64,000 bases of DNA from an uncultured Pseudomonadota bacterium (GCA_963718905.1 CAVRAF010000006.1:185248-249247), one strand, 5' to 3'. Shown: positions 10,949-21,343, counted from the first letter of the stretch. The notes: generated from the letters alone by a model not told the origin. A program made the numbers and translations.

Positions 10949-12184
10949 TCAGCGTTTTGGAGCCGTGCGGCGACGATATTGTAATGATTCCATTTCGGGG
11001 AATGGGGCTCTCTCGCAAAGCTGCAGATAAGACTCATACGCGCGTCTCCACGGGAAATGCGCGCGAACGCGTTCGAACAATGAACTGGCTAGACGGTCGC
11101 GTTCCTTGCCGTCGCTCAACAGGCGTCGGAGTTGAGCAGCCAAGGCACGCGGGTCGTCCGGTGGGACCAGACACGCATTGATGCCATCGCTCAGGATCTC
11201 CGGGATGCCGCCCACGGAAGTCGCAACCACCGCGCAGCGAAATGCGCCAGCCTCTACGAGGACTATGCCGAACGGCTCCATGCGCGACGGCAGACAGAAG
11301 ATGCTGGCGGCCTCATAGTAAGCGTGCAAATCCTCATGCGGCACGGTTCCGCAGAATACGACGTCATTCGATATGCCCAACTGTCTGGCGAGATTCCGCA
11401 GTTCAGGGCCGGATCCGCAATCGGCCCCCGCCAGTGCCAACATCACGTCGACGTTGCCCGCATCGCGTACGTACTTGAACGCCCGAAGCAGCGTGTCGAG
11501 CCCTTTTTTGTGTTCATATGACGCGACCGTCAGGATGAACGGCCGACCCCCGAGGCGGGGGTCTATTCGGGCGGCAAGATTTCGGGCGCGCATCAATCGA
11601 TCGATGTCGACGCCATTTCTGATCGTCGTTACGCGACGCCGAATAGCGGGCTCCAGGGCCAGGATCAAATCTCTTTCCGCATTCGAGCAACCCACCACAG
11701 CGTTCGCTGTTCGAAGCATCAGTCCCCACATCCACCGCTCCAGACCCGTCGTGCGCAAGGCGTGCGCCAGCTCGAGCCCGTGAAACGACAGGATTACGCG
11801 CAGCGGGCGCCGCCGGAAAAATCGAACGAGAATGAAATTCAGTGCCGAGAGCGACGGGTAATGCACGTTGACAATGGCGATATCGTTCGCGCGAAGGTAG
11901 CGGGCGAGTCGAAGAACTTCGAACGGAAGGAAAACCGCCGATTTGACCACAGCGGCGAACGGACCCGATCCGAGCGGCGACCGAAGCCGCATGTACGAGA
12001 CTGCCCGCCCGTTTTCGTCGGCGGTCAACGGAAGATGATGGTCCCACGACGTCACGAAGATCTTGGGCGTGTAGACGCCGCCCGCCTCGAAATGGTGATA
12101 CAGGTTCAGAACCACCTGATTGACGCCACCGACTCCCGTAACGGGCCAGGGCACCACGAACAGATAGGCAGAACGTTTGTTCAT
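10949..12184 (-). CDS. Glycosyltransferase family 4
   Basis: GGV N-terminal loop, IRNGVD, KKGLDTLL, PSRMEPFGIVLVEA, VGGIPE. Confidence 0.9.
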   Translation of the reverse strand: MNKRSAYLFVVPWPVTGVGGVNQVVLNLYHHFEAGGVYTPKIFVTSWDHHLPLTADENGRAVSYMRLRSPLGSGPFAAVVKSAVFLPFEVLRLARYLRANDIAIVNVHYPSLSALNFILVRFFRRRPLRVILSFHGLELAHALRTTGLERWMWGLMLRTANAVVGCSNAERDLILALEPAIRRRVTTIRNGVDIDRLMRARNLAARIDPRLGGRPFILTVASYEHKKGLDTLLRAFKYVRDAGNVDVMLALAGADCGSGPELRNLARQLGISNDVVFCGTVPHEDLHAYYEAASIFCLPSRMEPFGIVLVEAGAFRCAVVATSVGGIPEILSDGINACLVPPDDPRALAAQLRRLLSDGKERDRLASSLFERVRAHFPWRRAYESYLQLCERAPFPEMESLQYRRRTAPKR

Positions 12185-12282
12185 CGGGGCCCATCCGGCG
12201 GTGGCGACAATTGGGTCCGCGGCCCTCGCACGCTGGCGATGTCCACAGGAGCGAAGTGCCGCGGCGAGAGCACGCAGGCGGA

Positions 12283-13269
12283 CTATGGCAGGCGAATGGT
12301 CACGCCATGCCGTCGTGCGTGACGTCGAGAAAGGGTTGCGTTGACTCGACGCTCGAGCGGCCTCAATATCCGCTCCACCGCGGCACGCGCTCGCGCGGAA
12401 ACCAGCCATCGAAGCAAGCCGCCTCGCATCATGATTTCTCGTCGTCGCCAGCCGAGATTCTCGTATTGGCGACGAAAATACGCGTCCTCGTCGAGCTTCC
12501 ACTTGTCCCTGAGGTGGTGGAAGCTGGACAAATCCCACAGGTCGCTCCAGCGCAGTGCGAAGAACGGCACGTCCGACATCCTGAGCGGGTCGGGAGGAAG
12601 ATAGTTGATCCTGGAACGCGGCTCGAGATAGACCCTTTCGCCGGCCTGCTGGAGCGCCAGGCAAAAATCGATGTTCTCTCGCGTGCTCAGCATGTTCTCG
12701 TCCAGACCGCCAAGCCGGCGCAACACGTCGCTACGCACCAGCATGCAATGGAATTCCGCGGCATCCGTCTGGACATGGCCTTCGGCAACGTGCGTCTTGC
12801 AAATGCGGTCCACCAAGTTGCGGCGCACGGTCCCGCTTTCCGGCGTGACGACGATCTTCGCATCGCCGCCGGCAAAATGCATGACCTGGAACGGAGGTCG
12901 CCTTTCGAAATTGAGCGGCCCCACCACGGCCGCGCCCGTGGCCTCGGCACAATCCACCAGGGCGGCGAGCCAGTCGGGGGCAACGACGACGTCGTTGTCC
13001 AGAAAAGCGATATAGGGCGTTCTCGCATGCGCGGTCCCGATATTGCGCGCTTGATTCGGCGTGAGATAGTGGTTGTAGCGTACCAACTGGAAGCCCCGGG
13101 CGCCTGCCTGTTCGCGCAGATAGGCGGCGATCCGTGGCGGCGAACCGCCGTCCACGTAAACGAGCGGACACGCAGGGTGCGTGTGCTCGAAAATGCTTTC
13201 GAGCGACTCCCTCGTATCGCTGAAATGGTCGCGCGGAACCACCACGATCGTCACATCGTCGGCCTTCAC
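12283..13269 (-). CDS. Glycosyltransferase family 2
   Basis: VTIVVVPR, VYVDGGS, ARNIG, FLDND; GTG start inferred. Confidence 0.88.
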   Translation of the reverse strand: MKADDVTIVVVPRDHFSDTRESLESIFEHTHPACPLVYVDGGSPPRIAAYLREQAGARGFQLVRYNHYLTPNQARNIGTAHARTPYIAFLDNDVVVAPDWLAALVDCAEATGAAVVGPLNFERRPPFQVMHFAGGDAKIVVTPESGTVRRNLVDRICKTHVAEGHVQTDAAEFHCMLVRSDVLRRLGGLDENMLSTRENIDFCLALQQAGERVYLEPRSRINYLPPDPLRMSDVPFFALRWSDLWDLSSFHHLRDKWKLDEDAYFRRQYENLGWRRREIMMRGGLLRWLVSARARAAVERILRPLERRVNATLSRRHARRHGVTIRLP

Positions 13270-13415
13270 ACGAGCTCCCCTTTGCAGGTCCTTCCGATGG
13301 ATTCCGAAGGATTCTAGACCATGGAGCTTGCCAATGCGCTCCGCCGGCCGCTTTCCTCGACGCAGGAATCGGCAGAATATGAAACGGCGTGCCGAGCAGG
13401 CGCGGAGGCTGTCGA

Positions 13416-14156
13416 ATGAATGCACTTGAAGTCGAGCGCCGTGCACAGACGAACATTCAACTGTACGGACAGATGCTCGCCGCGGGGTACGGCATGCAGC
13501 AAGTCGCTGGAGTTCGCGAGGCCTACGCGCTCGCGGCGAAGATGTTTGCCGGTCAGTTGCGCCCGGAGGGCCGGCCATTCGTCTGTCACGTCGTCGGCGT
13601 CGCAAGTATCCTGGCGATGATCGACGCATCACCCGCGACGATCACCGCCGGGCTTCTGCACTCGGCCTATACGCACGGCGATTTCGGACTCGGCAAGGGC
13701 CAGTTTTCCCGCCGGGCGCGCGGGGAGGTGGCTGCCGTTGCGGGCCCGCAGGTCGAGCGCGTCGTGGCGAGCTATTCGAATCACCGCTGGAATGCCGCAT
13801 CCGTCGCTGATTGGATAGCGAAGGCAGGGCGACTGGACACAGACGAGCGCCAGATCGCCGTAATCAGGCTCGCTGACACCATCGAGGATGCACTCGATTT
13901 CGGCCTGCAGTTGTGCGCCAAGCAGGAGAATCCAAACCGGGACATTTCTCCGGAGAGCTTGGTAGACTTGGCGAACGCGCTCGGGTATGCGGCGCTTGCA
14001 ATGTCGCTGCGGGAAATCCTCGTCATCAAGGAGAGCGCAATCGATTTGAGCGACCTGCGCGAGCGCCACGCCGGATCATATTTGGTTTGTCCTGAGTCCT
14101 GGCGGGAGAAGATGTTTCCGCGATTCGTCAGGCTGATGCGGCGCCTGCGGCGGTGA
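13416..14156 (+). CDS. HD-fold-like protein (DUF6817-type)
   Basis: AQTNIQLY, RPEGRPFVCHVVGVASIL, AGLLHSAY, IRLADTIED. Confidence 0.65.
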   Translation: MNALEVERRAQTNIQLYGQMLAAGYGMQQVAGVREAYALAAKMFAGQLRPEGRPFVCHVVGVASILAMIDASPATITAGLLHSAYTHGDFGLGKGQFSRRARGEVAAVAGPQVERVVASYSNHRWNAASVADWIAKAGRLDTDERQIAVIRLADTIEDALDFGLQLCAKQENPNRDISPESLVDLANALGYAALAMSLREILVIKESAIDLSDLRERHAGSYLVCPESWREKMFPRFVRLMRRLRR

Positions 14157-14189
14157 TGCGATGCCAGCAATCTTGTGAGGAGAACGGCT

Positions 14190-14459
14190 ATGACAACAGT
14201 GGTTGCCGCACACGCAGTCGGTGATATGAAAAAGTGGCTCGAAGGGGGACCGGAGCGGAAGACGTTGTTCAAGGGCTTTTGCTCCGGCTACCGCGTTTTC
14301 AGACATGCCACCCGGAATCAGGTATGTCTCGTCTGGAACGACGTGGATCTTGAAAAGATGAAGGCCATGATGACCTCTCCCGAGACGGCCGCGGGGAAAG
14401 CCAAGCACACTGTCATCGACCCCGTCGAGATCTACATCGAGGTCGAAGGGGGAACGTAA
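14190..14459 (+). CDS. Small hypothetical protein (possible dimeric alpha-beta barrel)
   Basis: 89 aa ORF with RBS GAGGAG; HAVGDMKKW...VFR pattern. Confidence 0.65.
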   Translation: MTTVVAAHAVGDMKKWLEGGPERKTLFKGFCSGYRVFRHATRNQVCLVWNDVDLEKMKAMMTSPETAAGKAKHTVIDPVEIYIEVEGGT

Positions 14460-14570
14460 CGCGCGGCCGACCTGCGGTCGGTTACAGGCGGGCTGTCGTG
14501 AGCCGCGGCTCGACATTGGTTCCATAGTCGACCAGCAATTCGGCCGTCGCTCGCCGCGGGAGTTAGGTCC

Positions 14571-15679
14571 ATGTCGCTAACCTACAAGGTCCTGGGCGTT
14601 GTCTCAGCCCTCGTGGCAGTCGCGCTGGTGTCGCTGGCGCTCGTACTGAGCCACGATTCTCCTTGCGGCCCGACACCTGCGCTCTCCAGCGATACGAAGC
14701 TGATGAAAGCCATCGTCTATCGTTGCTATGGCTCACCCGACGTTCTCAAGCTCGAGGACATTGCAAGGCCGGCCGCCGCGGACAATGAAGTCCTGGTCAA
14801 GGTTCACGCGGCTGCCGTCAATCCTCTTGACTGGCATTACATGCGGGGCATGCCGTACATCATGCGCATGGACTCAGGGTTCGGCAAACCAACCAACCCG
14901 CGCCTGGGCGTCGACTTCGCGGGGACGGTCGAAGCGGTCGGCAAGAACGTCAGGCTGTTCAAACCAGGCGATCAGGTATTCGGCGGGAGATATCGGGGCG
15001 TTCGCCGAGTATGTTCGCGTTCGCGAAGATCGAGCCTTGGTGCTGAAGCCGGCCAACCTGACGTTCGAGCAAGCGGCCTCTGTACCGATAGCGGCGATCA
15101 CCGCTTTACAGGGTCTTCGCGACAAGGGGCGGATTCAGCCGGGGCAGAAGGTCCTGATCAACGGCGCGTCGGGAGGCGTGGGTACGTTCGCCGTGCAGAT
15201 CGCCAAGTCGTTCGGTGCGGATGTGACCGGCGTATGCAGTACGAGGAATGTGAAGCATGGTCCGATCGATCGGCGCGGATCACGTCATCGACTACACGCA
15301 GGAGGATTTCACCAACAGCGAGCAACGCTACGACCTGATTCTGGACAACGTCGGAAGTCACCCGCTGCTGGAATACCGGCGCGTCTTGAATCCCAAGGGC
15401 ATCGTCGTCGTCGTCGGTGGTCCCAGCAACGGCCAATGGATCGGCCCCATGGCGAACCCGATCAAGGCGGTGGTGCTGTCACCGTTCGTGGGCCAGAAGT
15501 TCGTCATGTTGCTGGCGGAACTGAACAAGGAGGATCTGACCATTCTGCGCGACCTCATGCAGGCCGGAAAGGTGACGCCGGTCATCGACCGGCGTTACAG
15601 GTTGAGTGAGGTCCCGGCGGCGATCCGGTATCTGGAAGAAGGACATGCTCGAGGAAAAGTAATCATAAGTCTGGAATAG
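14571..15679 (+). CDS. NAD(P)-dependent MDR/quinone oxidoreductase-like alcohol dehydrogenase (two frameshifts)
   Basis: MKAIVY..YGSPDVL, VNPLDWH, INGASGGVG, GHARGKVII across three frames. Confidence 0.9.
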
Positions 15680-15766
15680 AACAGACCCACGATCCGACAA
15701 TGTCGAGCCCGCGAACTCGCGCTCGCCCGTTCCACCAGAAGGAGTTTGGAAAAAGGAGAGATCGAC

Positions 15767-16324
15767 ATGGCTAATGCGAACGAGATCAATCCGCCCCACG
15801 CGCAAACGTTGGCGGGCCACCGCCACGGCTGGCAGGTCGCCTGGGGCGTTCTGCTCATCATCAGCGGCATCCTGGCCGTATTGATGCCGGGCATTGCTGC
15901 GCTGGCCACTGCGCTTGTTCTCGCGTGGCTGCTGATCTTCGGCGGGGGATGCGAAATCGCCTACGCGATCCATACGCGTGGCAGGGAAGGTTTTGGTTGG
16001 AAGCTCGCGTCCGGCATCGTGACTTTAGTGCTCGGGATCGCCATTCTCGTGGTCCCACTCGCCGGGGTTGCGTCGCTGGCGTTGCTGGTCGGCGCATTCC
16101 TGTTCATCAGCGGCATCACTCGCGCCGGGCTGGCACTCCGCTTCAAACCCCAACGCGGCTGGGGGTGGATCCTGTTCGATGGACTGCTGTCGATCGGAAT
16201 CGCAATTCTCATCGCGATCGGCTGGCCGCAAAGCTCACTGGCATTCATCGGCCTGCTGACCGGGTTCACGCTGATCTCGACGGGAGTCTGGCGGATCATG
16301 CTGCGGCAACGCTCGTTGGCATGA
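15767..16324 (+). CDS. HdeD/DUF308 family membrane protein
   Basis: Six TM helices; GWGWILFDG, IGWP; RBS AAGGAG. Confidence 0.85.
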   Translation: MANANEINPPHAQTLAGHRHGWQVAWGVLLIISGILAVLMPGIAALATALVLAWLLIFGGGCEIAYAIHTRGREGFGWKLASGIVTLVLGIAILVVPLAGVASLALLVGAFLFISGITRAGLALRFKPQRGWGWILFDGLLSIGIAILIAIGWPQSSLAFIGLLTGFTLISTGVWRIMLRQRSLA

Positions 16325-17232
16325 CGGGCACCGTCGCCAAGCTTTCGCCGTCAGATTCTGGCAGTCTCGCGCCGCTCAAGACGCTTTTCGAAACGAGTCG
16401 CGGCAGAGCGCTGCCGCTCCCTCCCAAATTGGCGCGTCTGTACGGACGCCTCTGCATGCCGACACCGGGCACGCGCCCCCATGTCTTCAGCAATTTTGTG
16501 ACGACGCTGGACGGCGTCGTCTCGCTCAACACCAAAGGACACGCCAGCGGTGGCGACATCAGCGGATTCAGCGCGCAGGATCGCATGGTGATGGGGCTGA
16601 TGCGTGCCATCGCCGACGTGGTGATCATCGGCACTGGTACGCTCGCCGCCGACCGTCGGCACGTCTGGACCGCAGCAGCTGTCTATCCGGCGCTTGCGGA
16701 GGATTATCGACAGCTAAGCGAAGCGCTTGGCCTGCGAGGGCCACCGCTGAACGTCATCGTAAGTGGCAGCGGCAGACTCGACCTGCGGCTGCCGGTGTTC
16801 ACCTCCGGCAAAGTGCCGGCCCTGATCATTACCACGACCGGCGGTGCAAAGCGCTTGCGCGAGCAAAGCGCCTCCGCTTCGGTCGACATTCGCGCGATTC
16901 GAGGGAACGCGACAGCGATTCCGGCAAGCGCCATCCTCGTCGAAGTGTGCCGGGTACGTCCCTGCAAGCGAATCCTCGTCGAGGGAGGGCCGCAATTGCT
17001 GGGCGACTTCTACGCGGAGCAACTCGTTGACGAGCAGTTCCTCACCCTCGCGCCGCAGATCGCCGGCCGCGACGTGGGCGACCGACGTCCCAGCCTTGTC
17101 ATGGGCAAGGTGTTCGCGCCCGGCGATCCTCTATGGGGGACCCTGATCGACGCGCGGCGCGGAAGCAGCCACCTGTTCTTGCGCTACTCCTTTCCCAAAC
17201 CCCGGTCGGCCCAGCGAGCTGCTCGCATATGA
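16321..17232 (+). CDS. RibD C-terminal / dihydrofolate reductase family protein
   Basis: NFVTTLDG, DVVIIGTGT, LVEGGP, LVDEQFLTLAP. Confidence 0.88.
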   Translation: MTGTVAKLSPSDSGSLAPLKTLFETSRGRALPLPPKLARLYGRLCMPTPGTRPHVFSNFVTTLDGVVSLNTKGHASGGDISGFSAQDRMVMGLMRAIADVVIIGTGTLAADRRHVWTAAAVYPALAEDYRQLSEALGLRGPPLNVIVSGSGRLDLRLPVFTSGKVPALIITTTGGAKRLREQSASASVDIRAIRGNATAIPASAILVEVCRVRPCKRILVEGGPQLLGDFYAEQLVDEQFLTLAPQIAGRDVGDRRPSLVMGKVFAPGDPLWGTLIDARRGSSHLFLRYSFPKPRSAQRAARI

Positions 17233-17284
17233 CGCTGTTGCGATCGCTTTCGAATCCTGCTCGCGGGCATGAGCCGCTGTTTTT

Positions 17285-17659
17285 TCAGGCGTGGATTGCC
17301 GCCCAAGTTGCTACGAGCAACAGTGCGAAGCCGACTACCGCTACGGCCGCGTGTCCGGCAATCAGGCCCATTGGCAACGGCACCAGTTTCCAGTGGTAGT
17401 TGAGATTCAGGAACGCGCCGCCCGCAGCCGCGATCAGGAACAGCAATAGCGCCCAGCCCGCGAGCGCCGGGAGTCCAACGGTGAAATACGCATACAACAA
17501 CAGGGTTACGGCGGCCCCGGCGAGGAATCCATGCAGCATCGCAAGCCACGCGGGAGGCTGGGGTTTGCCGCCAAAGCGTATACCGGCCATGGTCAGACCA
17601 CCAAGCGCCGCGACGGCCAACAGGCAGGAAGCGGTTTTCATAATCAGAACAGGTTCCAT
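17285..17659 (-). CDS. Hypothetical 4-TM membrane protein
   Basis: Hydrophobic ORF with two intramembrane His (LHG, GHA). Confidence 0.75.
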   Translation of the reverse strand: MEPVLIMKTASCLLAVAALGGLTMAGIRFGGKPQPPAWLAMLHGFLAGAAVTLLLYAYFTVGLPALAGWALLLFLIAAAGGAFLNLNYHWKLVPLPMGLIAGHAAVAVVGFALLLVATWAAIHA

Positions 17660-17724
17660 GTTTCACCTCTTGGGAAGGCCCTGTCAACGGGCAAGTCGGG
17701 TAGGAATTTCAAATGTGATCAGGG

Positions 17725-17815
17725 ATGGCGCCTCTTGGCCGGTTGTTGACCCTCAAGAACGTATCGCTGCTATCGACCCGTTCTGGCCATTGGCTGTTCT
17801 CCATACCGGACGTTC
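17725..17815 (+). repeat. Junction element copy (L + R + R2 motifs)
   Basis: ATGGCGCCTCTTGGCCG ...32 nt... CGACCC-GTTCTG-GCCATT; GACCC-N29-GACGTTC. Confidence 0.65.
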
Positions 17816-17920
17816 GCGCGCCGCCGTTTGGACGGGCGACGCCCGTGACACCAGACAGACAGCAGACTCGCAGGGATCCTGCCGGCTGAGATTATGAAAT
17901 TTCGTTCCTCCAATCGGGGT

Positions 17921-18973
17921 TTATTTCCTATCAGTCGAATAAAGGCGATCTATGAATCCGCTTCGCTCAAGTTCATCGATGAACGATGAATCAGCGATGT
18001 CGGACTCCTTCAGCGATGCCGCGGCCGGGTATTTCGCTACAAGAAAATCTCGCAACGCCTGCATTCCTGGAAATGATGGCCGCGGGACCTTTTGAAATAC
18101 CGGCACATGAAATGCGTGCAGCTCCTCTACTGCCTTTCGATCTTCGATCTTCAAGTAGCGTTGCAGCAAAGGCACCACGATGTCTGGCCGCGTCTTGAAC
18201 AAATGGATCGTCTCGACGAAGCCCTGCATGACGTTCATCACAAGCTCGCGGTTGGAGGCGATGAACTTGCGAGTGGTCGCGAATATCGAGGGCGCGTCAA
18301 AGGCATCCATCGGGAAGGCATTCCAGCCGTAGCGAACTTGGCCCGCAAAGCGCAGATCGATCGGCATGGCGCCCGCGTCGATCTCTCCGGAAGCCAACGC
18401 AGCATAGATTCGATCGAATTTGATCAAGGGCAGGTAGATCGCGGTAGCGCCCGCTTTCTCGATCGTGAGCCTGGTCGCCACGCTGGTCTGTCCGGTCTCC
18501 GTAAGTATTCCGACTTTCTTTCCGCCGAGCTGCGCCAGTTGAGTGATCTCCTTTCGGGTCATGACGAAGGACTTGGGGAAATCCGTTGTCGGCGTCGCCA
18601 CGATGACGATGTCCCGACCCTTGAGCACTTCTTCCGCGACCGGCACCGATCCGGTATGGGCGAATTCCCAATCGCCGCGAGTGAGACCGGCCGCTGCCTC
18701 CGGACCTCCGACCGCAATGGCCGGCAGGGTCATATCGATCCCTCGCTTTTTGAAGATACCCGCTTCGGCTCCGAGCCAAGCGGTGCTTTGCCATGTTGCT
18801 AGCAGCCCCGTCGCCACCCGAACGGCCCCTCCGGGACTCGTTGGGTGTGGTTGCGCCCAGGCGACGCGTGAGACTGCAGGCAGGGCGGCAGCACCTGCTG
18901 CCAGTTGCAGAAATCGACGGCGAGGAAAATCCGTGACTTCCTCTCCAATGAACGTGCGCTGAAGACTGAGCAT
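17921..18973 (-). CDS. NMT1/THI5-like ABC transporter substrate-binding protein (Tat signal), no permease nearby
   Basis: PRRRFLQLAAGAAALPAVSRVAWAQ, GIFKKRGID, ALASGEIDA. Confidence 0.85.
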   Translation of the reverse strand: MLSLQRTFIGEEVTDFPRRRFLQLAAGAAALPAVSRVAWAQPHPTSPGGAVRVATGLLATWQSTAWLGAEAGIFKKRGIDMTLPAIAVGGPEAAAGLTRGDWEFAHTGSVPVAEEVLKGRDIVIVATPTTDFPKSFVMTRKEITQLAQLGGKKVGILTETGQTSVATRLTIEKAGATAIYLPLIKFDRIYAALASGEIDAGAMPIDLRFAGQVRYGWNAFPMDAFDAPSIFATTRKFIASNRELVMNVMQGFVETIHLFKTRPDIVVPLLQRYLKIEDRKAVEELHAFHVPVFQKVPRPSFPGMQALRDFLVAKYPAAASLKESDIADSSFIDELERSGFIDRLYSTDRK

Positions 18974-19088
18974 ATCCGCCACCTCCTTCGCGAAAGGTCC
19001 ACCGGGTTGCGCTCGAGGACGCCGCATTGGCGAGTATGGCAGGTGGCCGTTCTAACGGTATTCGCTGCAAATTGGGAGCACGCGACGG

Positions 19089-19171
19089 ATGGCCGGAGCT
19101 GGCCGATCTCGGTCTCATCACCGTAGCGTCCAGGACCAGGGGGTCTCGGTCAGATTTTGTGCGGTGCGACC
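19089..19171 (+). repeat. Junction element L motif followed by second junction repeat
   Basis: ATGGCCGGAGCTGGCCGATC; AGCGTCCAGGACCA...TCAG...GTGCGACC resembles 50044-50085. Confidence 0.5.
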
Positions 19172-19172
19172 T

Positions 19173-19646
19173 TCACGCCGCGTGGGGCTGAAGAGAAACG
19201 GTGATCTGCCCATTGTTTTCCAAGGTGGCGACACGAACGTGTTCAATCTCCGCGCAGCCGGCAGCGCGGAGGGCTGCCGCCAACTCGTGACGCGTCATCA
19301 ATTCGCTACGCATGATGTCCTCATTCAGCACACCATTGTGAATTAGTGTGCGGGGAGCCCCTTCGATCCAGACCTCCAGCTTCTTGCTCTTGAAGGTCAT
19401 GATTGCCACGGCGTGGTGGAGAGCGATTAGGGTTGTAGCGGAAATCAGCCCTCCGACCAAAGTGTTATCGCCGCCGTTCATTGAATTCTGCACCGCGTTG
19501 CTCAGGACTAGGAGGAGCACAAGGTCAAACGGCGCCAACTGTCCTGTATTTCGCTTGCCGGTAACTCGCAGGATGAGGAGCAAGAACACGTACACAATTG
19601 CTCCGCGCAAGACAAATTCCCACCACGGCAAGCTTAGACTCCACAT
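19173..19646 (-). CDS. DUF421/YetF family membrane protein
   Basis: RVTGKR, APFDLVLLL, EGAPRTLIHNG, LENNGQITV. Confidence 0.9.
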   Translation of the reverse strand: MWSLSLPWWEFVLRGAIVYVFLLLILRVTGKRNTGQLAPFDLVLLLVLSNAVQNSMNGGDNTLVGGLISATTLIALHHAVAIMTFKSKKLEVWIEGAPRTLIHNGVLNEDIMRSELMTRHELAAALRAAGCAEIEHVRVATLENNGQITVSLQPHAA

Positions 19647-19838
19647 AGATCCTCCTTGGATAGAACGCTTAGAGAGCGATTGCGCCAACGCGGCTCAAGG
19701 TAAAGGTTTTGGACAAACCGATGCCGATCCCACCCGCCGGTGCTCTGATAGACCAGTTCGATCCCCTAGGCGAATGCACGCGAAGCGGGCATGATGGCGC
19801 CGGGATGACCATGCATTCCGACTAACAGGAGAGTGCCG

Positions 19839-20093
19839 ATGCTGCATTGGATATGGGCGATCTTGATTGGGTTCGTGGCGGGCTTGATCGCAAAGGCCGT
19901 CACTCCTGGCGGGGGACCGTCGGGCTTCTGGTTAACCGCAATTCTCGGCATTGGCGGTTCGCTGGCTGCGACGTTCATTGGGCAAGCGATGGGTTTATAC
20001 CCCGAGGGCCATCCGGCCGGCTTCATCGCCTCGATTCTCGGTGCGGTGATCTTGCTGGTGATCTACCACCTGGTGACCAGGAAATCACAGTAG
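19839..20093 (+). CDS. GlsB/YeaQ/YmgE family stress-response membrane protein
   Basis: IGFVAGLIAKAVTPG, LGIGGS, ASILGAVILL. Confidence 0.92.
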   Translation: MLHWIWAILIGFVAGLIAKAVTPGGGPSGFWLTAILGIGGSLAATFIGQAMGLYPEGHPAGFIASILGAVILLVIYHLVTRKSQ

Positions 20094-20111
20094 CCGTCAA
20101 AGGAGACAGCG

Positions 20112-20603
20112 ATGGGGATCCTCGATATGCTCACGCAGGCAATGGGCGGCGGTTCCGGCGCGCAGCAGTTCAATCAAGTGACGCAAAGCGCCCCCACCGA
20201 CGTATTGGCCAAGGGCCTCTCGGCAGCGTTCTCATCCGACCAAACGCCTGCGATCGGCAACATGGTCGGAGGGCTGTTCGGGCAATCGAACAGTGCTCAG
20301 CAGGCGGGGATGCTGAACCAGCTAATGAGCGCGCTCGGCCCCGGAGTAATGGCGGGACTTGCGGGTGGCGTACTCGGGAAGGTCATGAGCCCGGGCCAGA
20401 CACAGATCACGCCCGAACAGGCATCGCAACTTACACCACAGCAGGTCCAGGAGGTCGTAAACCACGCCAACGAAACGCATCCGGGGGTGGCGGATGAGCT
20501 GGGCCAGTTCTACGCGCAGCACAAGGGATTGGTCAACACGCTGGGTGGCATCGCGGCGACGGTCGCGATGATGAAGATGAAGGACCACCTGTCCGGGCAA
20601 TAG
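20112..20603 (+). CDS. Hypothetical protein (YidB/DUF937-like)
   Basis: MGILDML start, Gly/Gln-rich helical ORF, RBS AAGGAG. Confidence 0.65.
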   Translation: MGILDMLTQAMGGGSGAQQFNQVTQSAPTDVLAKGLSAAFSSDQTPAIGNMVGGLFGQSNSAQQAGMLNQLMSALGPGVMAGLAGGVLGKVMSPGQTQITPEQASQLTPQQVQEVVNHANETHPGVADELGQFYAQHKGLVNTLGGIAATVAMMKMKDHLSGQ

Positions 20604-20868
20604 GCGGCACTGAACAGCATGGCAGGAGGGCAGCGGCCCTTCACGGAATGGCGACTAGGGAGAACTACGGCGTTCTCCTGTGAGAACTGGGTACGACGTG
20701 CCCCTTGCCGCGAGGGGGAAGAGAAGTACCGGGTGCGAAAGGACGAGCCGAGCCTCTCAAACGGAGCGTTCGAAGATCGTCTGGGGCGACCGGCGCACGG
20801 CTCAATCTTACGATTTACAATCGGGCTGTTCGACGAGCCGTTCCCCCGGATCTCAGAAGGAAATCACA

Positions 20869-21177
20869 ATGAATCGCTTCGCCATTGTTCTGCTCGCTAC
20901 CACGCTCGGGCTGGCTGCCCCGTCATTCGCTGCCGACAAGGACTCCAAGCCCACTGCCAAGCCGGCCGCGATGGCCGCGCAGGCCGACGACAAGATCGAC
21001 ATCAACCGCGCGAAGCCCGAGCAGCTGATGACGCTGGATGGAATCGGCGATGCCCGCGCCAAAGCGATCGTCAAAGGCCGCCCTTATAAGGCCAAGGACG
21101 AACTGGTGGACAAGAACATCATTCCTCAGGCGGTCTACGACAAGATCAAGGACAAGATCATCGCCAAGCAGAAGTGA
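20869..21177 (+). CDS. ComEA-like secreted helix-hairpin-helix DNA-binding protein
   Basis: Signal peptide; IDINRA, LDGIGDARAKAIVKGRPY, YDKIKDKIIA. Confidence 0.9.
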   Translation: MNRFAIVLLATTLGLAAPSFAADKDSKPTAKPAAMAAQADDKIDINRAKPEQLMTLDGIGDARAKAIVKGRPYKAKDELVDKNIIPQAVYDKIKDKIIAKQK

Positions 21178-21270
21178 AGAAACGCGCCCAGCGCCTCGCG
21201 CTCAGGGCTCGGCACGCCGTCGACGAACGTAGTACTTCGAGCTTCCGTACCTCGGATGACGCAGGCAACG

Positions 21271-21343
21271 TCGCCGATAACGGTCACTCGACGGCGGTTA
21301 TCGACCCGATCCCGACATTGGGCGGAGCCGGAAGCGGACATTG
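21271..21343 (+). repeat. Junction element copy (degenerate L + R + R2)
   Basis: TCGCCGATAACGGTC...CGACCC-GATCCC-GACATT; GACCC-N29-GACATTG. Confidence 0.6.
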
